UHGV virus genome: UHGV-0179878
Reading direction: 5' to 3' (one strand)
DNA length: 43,949 bases
Origin: a virus
The notes under the pieces were generated by a model. It saw only the letters and a list, made by a program, of their open reading frames with translations, had not been told where the DNA came from and made no database searches. Both the position numbers and the translations under genes were made by a program. Below are positions 7,788 to 17,813 of this stretch, piece after piece (positions within the stretch are counted from its first letter, which is position 1; every line of letters starts with the position of its first letter).

Positions 7788-9644
7788 TTAGCCATAAAAA
7801 CCATAAAAGTTTTTAATCAATTCGTACATAATGACCTCGTGCCCTTTTTCATTAGGGTGTACCCCGTCAGGCATACTCGATTTTCTGTACGAAGGTATAT
7901 TGGGTTTGAATTGTGTTGAATGATAAGCGTCATAAACAGGTATATCCAGTTCGTTACAAGCGTCTATTTGAACATCTACATAATCAGCTAAAGTGTGACC
8001 TAAATCGTTCTTAGTAGTGTCTTTTCTTACGGTTTTGCCGTCTTTTATATAACATTGTTTAGTAGGTGTCATAACAATTATTTTAGAGTTAGGGTTATTA
8101 CTCTTGATTTTAGTGATAGCACTATAAAAGGCACCGTAAAACGTTTTAGTATCCGTTTTATCAGTGCCTATATTAATATCATTAGTCCAATCATCATCTG
8201 TACCTTGCACAATGATTAAATCAGATTTAATTTTGGTCGCTTGTTCATAAATGCTATTATCTTTGTTTGTGCTCATTGTCGCACCACTAACAGCTAAGTT
8301 TGTTGATTTAGCCTTTATCTTCTTAGCTAACATTTGAGTAAAGTTAGTTTTAGCACCAGTACCTTTAGCGACAGAATCTCCAATAGTACCTATTGTTTTA
8401 ACTTTCCTAATCTTAGACTTAGGTGTAAAGTCGTGAACAATAGTACCGTTTGCAGTTGTAACACTCTTAGCATGCGCGCTTTCTAATCTTCTTTTTATTT
8501 CATCGGTTTTCTTCTGCAAATCTTGTGCAGTCTTAGTATTTGCGTTGTTTTGAGCTTGAATCATCCTTAAGTCTTTAGCTGGATCAGATTTGTTAGACTT
8601 AATAGCTTTAACATAATTTGCAGCAGTGTTTACTGCTTTCATGTATCTATCTTGTAATCTAAATTCCCCAAGCACTACGTCTTGTTTGATAATCTTGTTG
8701 TTAATATCTCGTTGCGTAGTGATTTCGATAATTCTAACAAACTCATTTAAACCTATTAAATCATCAATCACATTCACAATATCCCCAACTCTAGGTACTG
8801 CTTCTTTAAAATGTTTTTGCAAAGAAATAAAATCTAGTGTTACAGACGTTTTTAAACTTTCTTGTATAACTAACTCCATAGCTTTTTTGAGTGTATCCCC
8901 TTTAGTTATGCGTCCATCTACAACAGGTGGTGCATGGCGTTTGCCTATTAAGTCAGCTAAGGGGTGTGTATACTCATATTGCAAGCTGGCTTCGTTGAAA
9001 GTTTGTTGCTCATCAAAGCCACCATAACCTCTGATGTATGTGTAACACTTAGAAGCATCTTCTTGGACTTTTACATTATTAGCATTGACACCTGCTTTAA
9101 TGTAATAGTTAGCTTTTCTTTGAACAATATCATATAAATGAAATGTCTTTGTTTTGGCGTTATATTCATATTCTAAGTTATATCTTTCCAAACCTTTTTT
9201 GAATAATTCTAAATTGGTATCGTGGTTACCTAGATTTTCAAATTTGGAAGATGAAACCTTAGCGTGTAATTCATACTTATAACCGGTATCTTTAAAAACT
9301 AAATCGAAGTAGCTTTTTCCTGTAAAACTACCGTTATATACTTCGTATACTCTTAAATTGTTTAGATCATCTAATTCGACAGGACGCGCTTTGATTGTTA
9401 ACTTTTCCTTTTGACCTACAGTTGTTTTGTCTAACATAACGATACGGTATTCGTTTAGGTCATCAGCACCACCAACACCTGTAATCGTCCACATTTTAGT
9501 AATAGCCCCTATAGCGTCAAATGTAGCTTTGTTTTCTACCATTTCTATTTCTAAGGAGCCATCTTCATTTAATTTCTCGTTTAATTTTGTTTCTACAGGT
9601 AGGGATTGCCCAATGCCCTGTAACGTTTTTAATAATATTGGCAA
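7788..9644 (-). CDS. Tail-associated lysin (Tal): tail endopeptidase N-domain plus C-terminal SGNH/GDSL hydrolase.
   Basis: 618 aa. N-terminal Tal-like region directly downstream of Dit. C-terminal IGTIGDSVAKGTG...IVQGTDDDW...DGVHPNEKGHEVIMYEL carries SGNH blocks I, III and V. Confidence 0.7.
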   Translation of the reverse strand: MPILLKTLQGIGQSLPVETKLNEKLNEDGSLEIEMVENKATFDAIGAITKMWTITGVGGADDLNEYRIVMLDKTTVGQKEKLTIKARPVELDDLNNLRVYEVYNGSFTGKSYFDLVFKDTGYKYELHAKVSSSKFENLGNHDTNLELFKKGLERYNLEYEYNAKTKTFHLYDIVQRKANYYIKAGVNANNVKVQEDASKCYTYIRGYGGFDEQQTFNEASLQYEYTHPLADLIGKRHAPPVVDGRITKGDTLKKAMELVIQESLKTSVTLDFISLQKHFKEAVPRVGDIVNVIDDLIGLNEFVRIIEITTQRDINNKIIKQDVVLGEFRLQDRYMKAVNTAANYVKAIKSNKSDPAKDLRMIQAQNNANTKTAQDLQKKTDEIKRRLESAHAKSVTTANGTIVHDFTPKSKIRKVKTIGTIGDSVAKGTGAKTNFTQMLAKKIKAKSTNLAVSGATMSTNKDNSIYEQATKIKSDLIIVQGTDDDWTNDINIGTDKTDTKTFYGAFYSAITKIKSNNPNSKIIVMTPTKQCYIKDGKTVRKDTTKNDLGHTLADYVDVQIDACNELDIPVYDAYHSTQFKPNIPSYRKSSMPDGVHPNEKGHEVIMYELIKNFYGFYG

Positions 9645-9657
9645 TTAAGCAACCTCC

Positions 9658-10596
9658 TTACAAGTAATATCTTTTGTGTTTAAACGTGATTTTTTGAAGT
9701 TTCTTAGTAGTATGGAAAGTATTCCAACCAGGCATTAACACAGGTTGTTGTTTCGTCTTATTGTAATCATCAATGCGTAAGTTATTACGATATACATGGA
9801 TGCCGTCAAATTTGATAACATCACCGGCTCTCAATTCTAATCCACTTATTTTCATAATGTCACTATGTGTCATATAGAAGTTAAAACCATCGCTATCATT
9901 TTTACTGACATTTTCTCCAAGTGTCATTTCTACAACACTATCTTGGTTGAATTGGTTAATTTCAGCTGTACCACCGTAATATACATCGCCCACTTTAGTG
10001 TCATAGAATGTGTATCTACGTTCTTTATGAGATGTGTTGAACGGGTTTTTGTCTGGAATACCCCATTTATTCAAATTACCACTCTCTTTTTCTAAATCTG
10101 TACTATACCCAATACTCTCAAAGTATGGTAATTCAATCGTTTCGAAATCTAGTGTGAATTCACCTGACGTTTTAGTAGTATCGAATGACACTTCGTTAAC
10201 TAAGCCAACAAGTATCTGCCTGCCGTCAACATATTCTAGTTCAAAAGATTGTTCCTTAGGTTCGAATATATTCTCGAATTTAATTTCACTTTCAGACGCT
10301 GCTAATTCTCTAAGATAAAAATGACCTCTTAGCATAGCTTGTATATTCGCTTTTAAATGAGAAGCATAAGCTATCTTTTCTACATCGTACCTAACCGTCA
10401 TAGATATACTTTTCTTTTCTTCTTTAGTAGCATTATGAAATCTACCGTTAACACGATCGATTTCATCAAACTTTCGGTCATAGCCTGCACCTTTAACATC
10501 GTAAGAAACAACTCTCAACGCAGTACCAGTAAAGCGATTGTTACTAATACGCAAACGTTCTTTATTTTTGTATACCTCAACATCATGTAATATCAA
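9658..10596 (-). CDS. Distal tail protein (Dit, siphovirus tail family).
   Basis: 312 aa, immediately downstream of the tape measure gene and upstream of Tal. Identified from this conserved position in the siphovirus tail gene order. Confidence 0.65.
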   Translation of the reverse strand: MILHDVEVYKNKERLRISNNRFTGTALRVVSYDVKGAGYDRKFDEIDRVNGRFHNATKEEKKSISMTVRYDVEKIAYASHLKANIQAMLRGHFYLRELAASESEIKFENIFEPKEQSFELEYVDGRQILVGLVNEVSFDTTKTSGEFTLDFETIELPYFESIGYSTDLEKESGNLNKWGIPDKNPFNTSHKERRYTFYDTKVGDVYYGGTAEINQFNQDSVVEMTLGENVSKNDSDGFNFYMTHSDIMKISGLELRAGDVIKFDGIHVYRNNLRIDDYNKTKQQPVLMPGWNTFHTTKKLQKITFKHKRYYL

Positions 10597-10611
10597 TTAA
10601 CAATCACTCCT

Positions 10612-13600
10612 TTAAAATAATCCGAAACTTGCGTCTTTTGAGTTGGAATCTTCAATGTAAGATTTAATAGCCGGTATATCTGACTCATTGCGAACAGTCA
10701 CGTTAACGATAGGTTTGTTGTTCTCTTGCATGCTATGACGTACGTCTTTGCTCATATGAGCGTCGAAAGAGCCCCCTAAACCAGCCAATCCTTCTTCTAA
10801 AAAGTCTGGTTTTAAGTCTGCATTGAAGGCATCCATAACTTTTAATGCCGCTAATTTACTTTCTCTTGCAGCTTTTCCTGCATATTCAGAGATACCCATA
10901 CCTAATCCAGTCATACTATCATTACCTAGTTGTATGAACTTACGAGAAGGAGAATGACTATCTAAAGCGCTTTTCGCAGCGTTCAATGCACCTTTTGCAG
11001 CGTTCCATGCAGCTGCTGCTAAATCTTTAGCTTTTTGAACGATACCTCTTATCATTCCAGCTATCATATCAACGCCTACTTGATAGAAATGACCAATAAA
11101 ACTGCGTGCTCGATTTAATGCGTTTCTCATGCCATTTCCAACAGCGCCGACCACTCTGAAGAAACCACTAACTACTGCTTGTAAAAATCTACTCATTGCA
11201 GAAATGATGCTTGAAACCCATTGTGCACCACCAGAAATAATACGACTGAGCGCTTGCATCATTTTTTGAGCAACTGTTGAAACTACACGTGAAAACCAAC
11301 TTGCTACAGTATTCCAAATTCTAGTAACTGCGCCTGAAATCGCAGACCAAATTTGGTTCCAACTTGTAATATTAGTACCAAGTATTCTGTTTAAAACGTT
11401 GAATATGAAGTTAGAAATCTGGTTCCAAATTGATACTAACGTATTCCAAATCGTAGTCATTACATTAGAAATCGTAGTTTGTAAAGTTAGCCAAGCACCA
11501 GAAAAATCTCCGGTAAGGAGCTGTATTAATGCAGTAAACAAACCGAAAATCAATTGCGTAGCAGCTTGTAGTATTCCACCTATCGCAGTGAATACTACTG
11601 AAATCACAGTCCAAAGAGATTGGAAAGCAGTTACTAAACCATTGATAAGGCTGATGAATAAGAAGCCGAGAACTTGGTTTGCAACTTGCCCTAACATTTG
11701 TAAGATAGGGATAATTGGTTGTAATGTTTGTTCGATAGACGCTCTGAACTGATTGAACCAGTTAATCACTGATTTTACAGCGTTCATTATCGTATCTTTA
11801 ATTGTGTTCCAAGCTTCAATACAAGTTTTTCTGAAATTCTCATTTGTTTTCCACAACCAAACAATAATACCTATTAAAGCAACGATAACGCCTATGATAG
11901 CCAATACAGGCCATGAAATCGCACCTATAGCTACACCTAACGCTTGGAATGCACCACTTAACATAGGTAAGATACGCATAATTGTACTAATAGGGCTCAT
12001 AAGGAGCCTGAAAGCTATTTTTACTAAGTTTAATGCACTTCTAAGTATTTGAGTGTTTCTAGCAAAAGCTAACATTTTACCGATAGCTTGGATTAAACCT
12101 ACACCGAACACATTAGATAGCATTGTACTTACTGCGATGATTGGTGCTAGTAAAGCCCACAACATACCACCGAGTATCATACCTATACCAACCATTCGAG
12201 CTATAGCTGGGTGTGTTTCAAACAATTTAGCTATGAAACCAGCTAATGCTGTTACTACTTTTAATATCACACTTGCTATTGGTGCCATTGCAGTACCGAA
12301 AGCAACCAATACTCTTACAATATTACCGATTAGATCCATAATGACTGGACCATTCTCTTGTACATATTGAACAAACTTTTTAAACCCTTCAGATTTACCA
12401 ACTTGTTCAGACCATTCTCTAAACTTAGCAGTCATTTTAACTAACCAATCAAAGATATTAGAACTGTTTTGAGCAAATGCTTTCATCAAGTTACCAATAC
12501 CCATGAATACATTGCCGAATATTTGACCTATTTTAGGTAAATTAGTTTTAGTGTATTCAATAAATGATTTAATAGCGTTCTGACCTGCTACACTGTTAGC
12601 CCAGTTTTGGAACTTTTTACCTAGATTATCTAAGCCTTTAGCAGTCCATAAGAATAGTGGACCTAATTGAGTGAATACATTAATAAGTCCGTCACCAAAA
12701 CGTCCTGCAGCACTTAATAATGTGTTGAATGTCTTAACACCTGTTGTATTCATCATGTTAAAAAATTTGCTAGCAGTTTGACTGTTTTGAGCCCATTTTA
12801 AGACACTCTGTGACGCTTGTTCCATTCCTTTAGAGATACCTGCTAAGAATGGTTTCATACGCCCTAAAGCTACGTTAACAGTGTCTAAAGCGTTAGATAG
12901 TGTGTTGAATATCTGCGCTTGATTTTGCTTGATAATGCCTTCCCAAGTTGACTTAACTTGTTCTAAAGACGCTTGATATCTTCTTGTTTGCGCAGTGGCT
13001 TGTAATGTTCCGTCATTCAACATTTTAATTGCACTTACTGCCATAGCGCCAAATGCAAACGCACCACTTGCAGCAATACCAAATGCACCAGCTACACCTA
13101 ATGCACCACCAGCAACTACACCTAATGCGTTAGCTACTGCCATGATGGCGGGTACTAAACCAGCTATAATAGGAATAAGACCTTGAAAACTAGCGATTAG
13201 CACACCTTTGATTTGTTGTCCAAACACAGTGCCAAATGTACGAATACGAGTAGCTAATCTATCCATTTTGTCGCCGTATTCATCTAAAGACTGACTTAAA
13301 GCTCTAGTTAATACTTGAGCTCTTGTCATCCCCCTTGTATCAAAGTTAACTTTTACCGTTTTATCATGTAAGGTTGCCAACATAGCCTTAGCACCTAATA
13401 CTGAACGTTTTAAGGGATTGTTATTCCCTTTTATGTCTACTTCTTTATCTCTTAATTGCTGTAATTTCTCTTTAACTACTGCAATTGCTCGTTTGATAGG
13501 GTTATTGTTACCGTCTATTTCAACGGTGTGTCCACGCCAACGTTGAGCCATTGCTTTTGCAGTGTTTAAGGCTCGTTTAAACTTACTAATATTCGCATCG

Positions 13601-13716
13601 ACTTGTGTTTCGATTTCATCGGGTATTTCAGTTTTTGCCATACGTTGAGCTTTTCTGATATTCCGTTGGAAATCTGTAATGATCGCCGATATACGAGCCA
13701 TAAAGTTTTTATTCAT
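10612..13716 (-). CDS. Tail tape measure protein.
   Basis: 1034 aa. Long helical and hydrophobic/Gly-rich central region. Located after the G/GT chaperone pair. Confidence 0.85.
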   Translation of the reverse strand: MNKNFMARISAIITDFQRNIRKAQRMAKTEIPDEIETQVDANISKFKRALNTAKAMAQRWRGHTVEIDGNNNPIKRAIAVVKEKLQQLRDKEVDIKGNNNPLKRSVLGAKAMLATLHDKTVKVNFDTRGMTRAQVLTRALSQSLDEYGDKMDRLATRIRTFGTVFGQQIKGVLIASFQGLIPIIAGLVPAIMAVANALGVVAGGALGVAGAFGIAASGAFAFGAMAVSAIKMLNDGTLQATAQTRRYQASLEQVKSTWEGIIKQNQAQIFNTLSNALDTVNVALGRMKPFLAGISKGMEQASQSVLKWAQNSQTASKFFNMMNTTGVKTFNTLLSAAGRFGDGLINVFTQLGPLFLWTAKGLDNLGKKFQNWANSVAGQNAIKSFIEYTKTNLPKIGQIFGNVFMGIGNLMKAFAQNSSNIFDWLVKMTAKFREWSEQVGKSEGFKKFVQYVQENGPVIMDLIGNIVRVLVAFGTAMAPIASVILKVVTALAGFIAKLFETHPAIARMVGIGMILGGMLWALLAPIIAVSTMLSNVFGVGLIQAIGKMLAFARNTQILRSALNLVKIAFRLLMSPISTIMRILPMLSGAFQALGVAIGAISWPVLAIIGVIVALIGIIVWLWKTNENFRKTCIEAWNTIKDTIMNAVKSVINWFNQFRASIEQTLQPIIPILQMLGQVANQVLGFLFISLINGLVTAFQSLWTVISVVFTAIGGILQAATQLIFGLFTALIQLLTGDFSGAWLTLQTTISNVMTTIWNTLVSIWNQISNFIFNVLNRILGTNITSWNQIWSAISGAVTRIWNTVASWFSRVVSTVAQKMMQALSRIISGGAQWVSSIISAMSRFLQAVVSGFFRVVGAVGNGMRNALNRARSFIGHFYQVGVDMIAGMIRGIVQKAKDLAAAAWNAAKGALNAAKSALDSHSPSRKFIQLGNDSMTGLGMGISEYAGKAARESKLAALKVMDAFNADLKPDFLEEGLAGLGGSFDAHMSKDVRHSMQENNKPIVNVTVRNESDIPAIKSYIEDSNSKDASFGLF

Positions 13717-13718
13717 GG

Positions 13719-14578
13719 CTAACCTCCTTTTTGACTAGTATTGCGTAATGAATTCATAAAGCGTCGTGTACCTTGTTTCTGAACATTTCTAATGCGTTTG
13801 TTATGTGCTAACTTACGTTCTTTCATACGTTCGTATTCTTCTGACTGTCCACGTACTTCGTATCTTGCACGCTCTAACTGCTTCTGTAATCGTTTAAGTG
13901 ATTTACCAGCTTGCACAAGACCGTTAGCTTGAGCACCAAATAATAAAGTTTCTTGTTCATCAAGTAACGCCAATCTACGACCTACAACCCAGTCTTTCCA
14001 TTCATTAGGCGTCAAACTCATTAATTCATCATAAGGAAGATAGCCTATGTATTGACTGGTTATCTGCCGTATTTCTGAATAATCTAGTAAGGTAGCTCGC
14101 CCATGATTTCTTTGTAATTGTTCTTCATGAACTCGATACCGTTCTTCGTAGACTCTTTCTCTTCTTCTTTGACCATAGATGGCGCTGAATTCATTTGTGT
14201 CCAGAATAGACGTGATTTCTGCTTGAAAAAACCACTATGATTTAATACTTGCAATGCACCTTGTAATAATTCGATAGAGTCTTGTTTTTCTTCGATAATA
14301 TCCATTAGTGTTTGTTCGATATCTTCACGTTTAGGTGCGTTCTTACCTAGATAAGCTGTTGCACATTCCCAAAAATCAGCTATTGCGATTGGATCACGTT
14401 CTAAAATGCCATTATAAATAGCATTAAAACCAGACACTTTAGTTGTTTTACCATTTTCGTCTTGCTCATCTTTAGCAAATTTCTTAGCCGCTTTATCGAA
14501 TAAAAAAGTCGCTTTAGCTTCGACTTCTTCTCCGTTGATTTCTAATTCAGTAATAGGATTGAATATATTTTCAGTCAT
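13719..14578 (-). CDS. Tail assembly chaperone long form (gpGT-like), made by a -1 programmed frameshift at about 14225..14231.
   Basis: After a -1 shift at U_UUU_UUC the frame reads FFQAEITSILDTNEF... with no stop, straight into ORF 13719..14021. That ORF cannot start on its own in a sensible way. Confidence 0.6.
14084..14578 (-). CDS. Tail assembly chaperone (gpG-like, short form).
   Basis: 164 aa. Lies between the major tail gene and the tape measure. Contains the slippery heptamer T_TTT_TTC near its 3' end. Confidence 0.75.
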   Translation of the reverse strand: MTENIFNPITELEINGEEVEAKATFLFDKAAKKFAKDEQDENGKTTKVSGFNAIYNGILERDPIAIADFWECATAYLGKNAPKREDIEQTLMDIIEEKQDSIELLQGALQVLNHSGFFKQKSRLFWTQMNSAPSMVKEEEKESTKNGIEFMKNNYKEIMGELPY

Positions 14579-14602
14579 TTTTTTAACCTCTTTCTGTTAT
14601 TT

Positions 14603-14640
14603 TGTACAAAAAAATAGAGGGCTTAATGCCCTCGTAAAAC
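14603..14640 (-). terminator. Intrinsic terminator/attenuator between the major tail and chaperone genes.
   Basis: Minus strand: GAGGGC-AUUAA-GCCCUC perfect hairpin followed by UAUUUUUUUGU. Confidence 0.6.
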
Positions 14641-15180
14641 TTATGCACCAGCACTAGGTGTACGGTTTTCGTATGAGTCTGTATAAGCTCCCATATCTTC
14701 CCATTCAACTGTAGGAGCAGCAGCACTAGGGTTGAGCCATTCTGGTGGTAATGAATCAACAGAACCGTCTGCACTGTTAAATTTAACTTTTGCAGTGATT
14801 TCGATTTTGTCATCCTCATCATCAAATGACCATTCGTGCTCTTCTACAATTACATAAGCGAAAGTACCGTGATGTTTACCGTCACGTTTCTTAACTTCCC
14901 AAATCCATAAACGTAACTGCTTGAAGTTTTTAACTGACTCTTTTAAAGCTTCTTGACCTTTGTCGCCAGGAACACGGTCAACAGTTAACTTGATTTCTTC
15001 TTCTACAGAGTTACGACCGTAGTCTTTTTTGCCACCTGTAATCATTTCAGCTAAGTCATTACTGATTGTGTGTCCACCCTCAGCTAAACTAGCTAACAGA
15101 ATAGCATCTTCTTCTTTTAGCTTGCTCGCTAAATCTTTGTCAGCGATTTGTAACGCTGCAATATATTTATTCTGCGCCAT
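14641..15180 (-). CDS. Major tail protein.
   Basis: 179 aa. Followed by a terminator and the G/GT pair, as in the standard siphovirus tail module. Confidence 0.65.
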   Translation of the reverse strand: MAQNKYIAALQIADKDLASKLKEEDAILLASLAEGGHTISNDLAEMITGGKKDYGRNSVEEEIKLTVDRVPGDKGQEALKESVKNFKQLRLWIWEVKKRDGKHHGTFAYVIVEEHEWSFDDEDDKIEITAKVKFNSADGSVDSLPPEWLNPSAAAPTVEWEDMGAYTDSYENRTPSAGA

Positions 15181-15604
15181 TCGTTACACTCCTTTGTAAA
15201 GTATTGTGTCTGTATTTAAAAATAAGCCGAATGATACCGTGCTTCGTGTACTGATCAATGTCGGTTATCACTTCTTGTGTATCAATTCGACTTTTTATAA
15301 ATGAATAGTTATTTATTTCTATTTCAGAGTTAAGTACAAAACCTAAGTATTGGATGATTTGTGAGGCTTCATCTCTATTTCTAGCTTGGCTATAAACATG
15401 CAATGTAACGCCTACATCTTCAAACATACTTGTCGTTGTCTCTTTGTTAGTGACGTTTGTTTCACCCACAACGATATATGGGTAAACAGCGTCTTTTTGA
15501 ACGCAATCAAAAACCCTACCACCAAGCTGTTTTTTGATGATAGGGTTGCTTTTTAATTTGTTATATATCTTGTTAAACAGATACCGTTCTACTGATACCC
15601 ACAT
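15167..15604 (-). CDS. Tail completion protein (DUF3168-like).
   Basis: 145 aa, located between the gp10-like gene and the major tail gene. Confidence 0.5.
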   Translation of the reverse strand: MWVSVERYLFNKIYNKLKSNPIIKKQLGGRVFDCVQKDAVYPYIVVGETNVTNKETTTSMFEDVGVTLHVYSQARNRDEASQIIQYLGFVLNSEIEINNYSFIKSRIDTQEVITDIDQYTKHGIIRLIFKYRHNTLQRSVTNGAE

Positions 15605-15616
15605 ATCTTAACCACC

Positions 15617-16030
15617 TTATGAAAAATACTTATTGAAAAACGCTCTACCTTCATCGATTGCAGGTTCCCAAAAAGGCTGTGCATGTTGCCCTTTAGTTGT
15701 GTGCCAATGTCCGTCTGCGTCTTTGTAACGCCACGGGATATTCTTTGCACGACTACCACCCGGACCGACTGCGTATATCCCTGTACCGTAGTTGACGTAA
15801 ACTGCGTACTCACTGCCGATATTAATAACGCCTGTTAATCCGCCCTTCTTAAAGTCCATAGAAACACTTTCTCTAAGATAACCGGTATCAACAGGCATGT
15901 TACTAACTATTGAATTGTGAATAATTGTTGTTGTCTTGGCTATACCTTTTTTAGCCCATCTAATCGTTTCTTTTTCAAACTCCTCAAGTTCCTTAACTAA
16001 ATCCCAATTTCCGTATTTAACCTTAGCCAA
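15617..16030 (-). CDS. HK97 gp10-like head-tail joining protein.
   Basis: 137 aa. MAKVKYGNWDL...MPVDTGYLRESV matches the HK97 gp10 family. Confidence 0.55.
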   Translation of the reverse strand: MAKVKYGNWDLVKELEEFEKETIRWAKKGIAKTTTIIHNSIVSNMPVDTGYLRESVSMDFKKGGLTGVINIGSEYAVYVNYGTGIYAVGPGGSRAKNIPWRYKDADGHWHTTKGQHAQPFWEPAIDEGRAFFNKYFS

Positions 16031-16352
16031 TAGGACATTCTCTCAATCTTGTTAAGTTGATTTCTTGTTGTCCGCCTTGGTCGACAGGTTCTCCTACTAC
16101 TTCGTAAGTTTTACCGTTGTATTTAAATAAGTTTGTGTTAGTTATTGGCAGGCTGTACGGCGTATATAGGTTTCTGTCGTATGATTGGTTCATTTGATGA
16201 AACTTGAGTTGTTCAGATGAAGTGGGAGTATCCATAAACCCTTGTATTGTTTTTTCGCTCTTAAAGCGCTCTTGTTCACGTGGATACTCTCCTACAATCT
16301 CTCTTGAGCCTAATTCGATTGTATGAGGAAACTCGTTTAATGGATTAAACAT
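16023..16352 (-). CDS. Head closure / head-tail adaptor protein.
   Basis: 109 aa. Positioned between the gp6-like and gp10-like genes. Confidence 0.5.
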   Translation of the reverse strand: MFNPLNEFPHTIELGSREIVGEYPREQERFKSEKTIQGFMDTPTSSEQLKFHQMNQSYDRNLYTPYSLPITNTNLFKYNGKTYEVVGEPVDQGGQQEINLTRLRECPIG

Positions 16353-16659
16353 GATAACCAGTCCAACGTAAGCGTCTAAATGGTTTAAGGTAACCGTATG
16401 TCTCCTTAGGTAGATCGGTAACGAATGTGTAGCTCACAGTTCCCATAGTACGTGAAGAAATATTGCTAGTCGTACCTTGTTTAATACAATTAGCAATAAA
16501 TTTCTCTACATTACTAGGTAATGACTGTCTATCGAATGTTTGATTACAATATTCTTCAGCTACATTCAGATACTTTTCGATAAGTAATTCGATTGTTTCG
16601 TCATTTGAAGTATCATCGAGTGAGAGATTGTTTAATAATTTAACGTCTTGTGCGTTCAT
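16345..16659 (-). CDS. gp6-like head-tail connector protein.
   Basis: 104 aa. N-terminal MNAQDVKLLNNLSLDD...EEYCNQTFD is typical of the Phage_gp6-like family. Confidence 0.55.
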   Translation of the reverse strand: MNAQDVKLLNNLSLDDTSNDETIELLIEKYLNVAEEYCNQTFDRQSLPSNVEKFIANCIKQGTTSNISSRTMGTVSYTFVTDLPKETYGYLKPFRRLRWTGYHV

Positions 16660-16949
16660 TACTCAACACTTCCTAATGCTTCAATGAGTTCATCTTTTTT
16701 CATACTAGAAAAGCCCTCTATTTCACGTTCTTTAGCGAGTTCTCTTAATTCTGATACTTTCATACCTTTTAAGTCTTTGTCGCTCTCTACACGCTCAATA
16801 AGGGGCTTGTTTTGACGGTTCTCTTTTGTGGATAGTTCAGTTAATCGTTCATTACTTACATTTAAACCTTTACGAGGGAACGTATCTCCAACGTTATATT
16901 CGTAGTTGTTATCTTGTAAGTCTGTGAAGTATTCGATTACTTTATACAT
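16659..16949 (-). CDS. Rho_N (SAP-like) domain protein.
   Basis: 96 aa. C-terminal MKVSELRELAKEREIEGFSSMKKDELIEAL matches the Rho N-terminal domain motif. Confidence 0.55.
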   Translation of the reverse strand: MYKVIEYFTDLQDNNYEYNVGDTFPRKGLNVSNERLTELSTKENRQNKPLIERVESDKDLKGMKVSELRELAKEREIEGFSSMKKDELIEALGSVE

Positions 16950-16965
16950 ACGTCACTACCTCCTT

Positions 16966-17796
16966 TTATGCGCCTGAGTCTGTAGTTCCTGCGCCTTTAG
17001 TAACCTTAACTGCTTTAGATTCATCATATAAGTATGCTACATAATGTTTATCACTGTATAAAGCAGTTGTTTTAGTTGAAGGATCACGGTCAGTTTCTAA
17101 GAAGAAATCACGTTTAGTGATTAATTTAACTGCACCACGTTTAGCTAAAATAGCTTCGCCCTCATCTAATTTCTTAGAACGTACAATAACAGCTCCTAAC
17201 GCTTCGCCAAACGCACCTTTAACGATAATGTTATCGCCTAATTCAGTAGCGCGAGTGAAGTTATCTGAAGCACTAGAACGTAATTTACCAGCGTCTTTAG
17301 GATTAATGAATAATACCATTGGTTCTAAATCTTCATCGTCAAATGTATCAATAGCAGCTTCTAAACCTGCTAATGTACCAATATCTCCACTAACTGTTAA
17401 TTTCGTACCTCGTAAAGCTTCTAATACGTCGTTATCTACTTTGTTAGCAATAGCTAAACCATGTTGACGTACTGCTTCACCTTGCGGATCACCATAACCA
17501 GATAATAAAGCTTCATCAGTAATATCAGTACCTTTACCGATTTTATGAATTTTAGCTTCACGTCTGTTAGTTTCGATTTTGTCTACAGGGATTTTTTGCC
17601 CTTCAGGTACTACTGTAGCGTCACCACTGTAAACAAATGCAGGGAAAGTTAAAGTGTCGCCTGGTTGTCCTACTAATGTACTGTCAATGTCTGCAAATTG
17701 TGCAAATCTCAATTTCTTATCTAATTCTGCTTGCATCATAGGTTTTAATACTTCTGGAACGATTTGTGTACTTTTAGTTGTTGTTCCTTGTGCCAT
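16966..17796 (-). CDS. Major capsid protein.
   Basis: 276 aa, between the scaffold gene and the connector genes. Strong RBS. Confidence 0.65.
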   Translation of the reverse strand: MAQGTTTKSTQIVPEVLKPMMQAELDKKLRFAQFADIDSTLVGQPGDTLTFPAFVYSGDATVVPEGQKIPVDKIETNRREAKIHKIGKGTDITDEALLSGYGDPQGEAVRQHGLAIANKVDNDVLEALRGTKLTVSGDIGTLAGLEAAIDTFDDEDLEPMVLFINPKDAGKLRSSASDNFTRATELGDNIIVKGAFGEALGAVIVRSKKLDEGEAILAKRGAVKLITKRDFFLETDRDPSTKTTALYSDKHYVAYLYDESKAVKVTKGAGTTDSGA

Positions 17797-17813
17797 ATGT
17801 TATTACCTCTTTT

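Noticed and set aside
14583-14825. 80-aa ORF overlapping the major tail gene in another frame.
   Set aside because: It lies entirely inside the well-supported 14641..15180 major tail CDS on the same strand, with no RBS.
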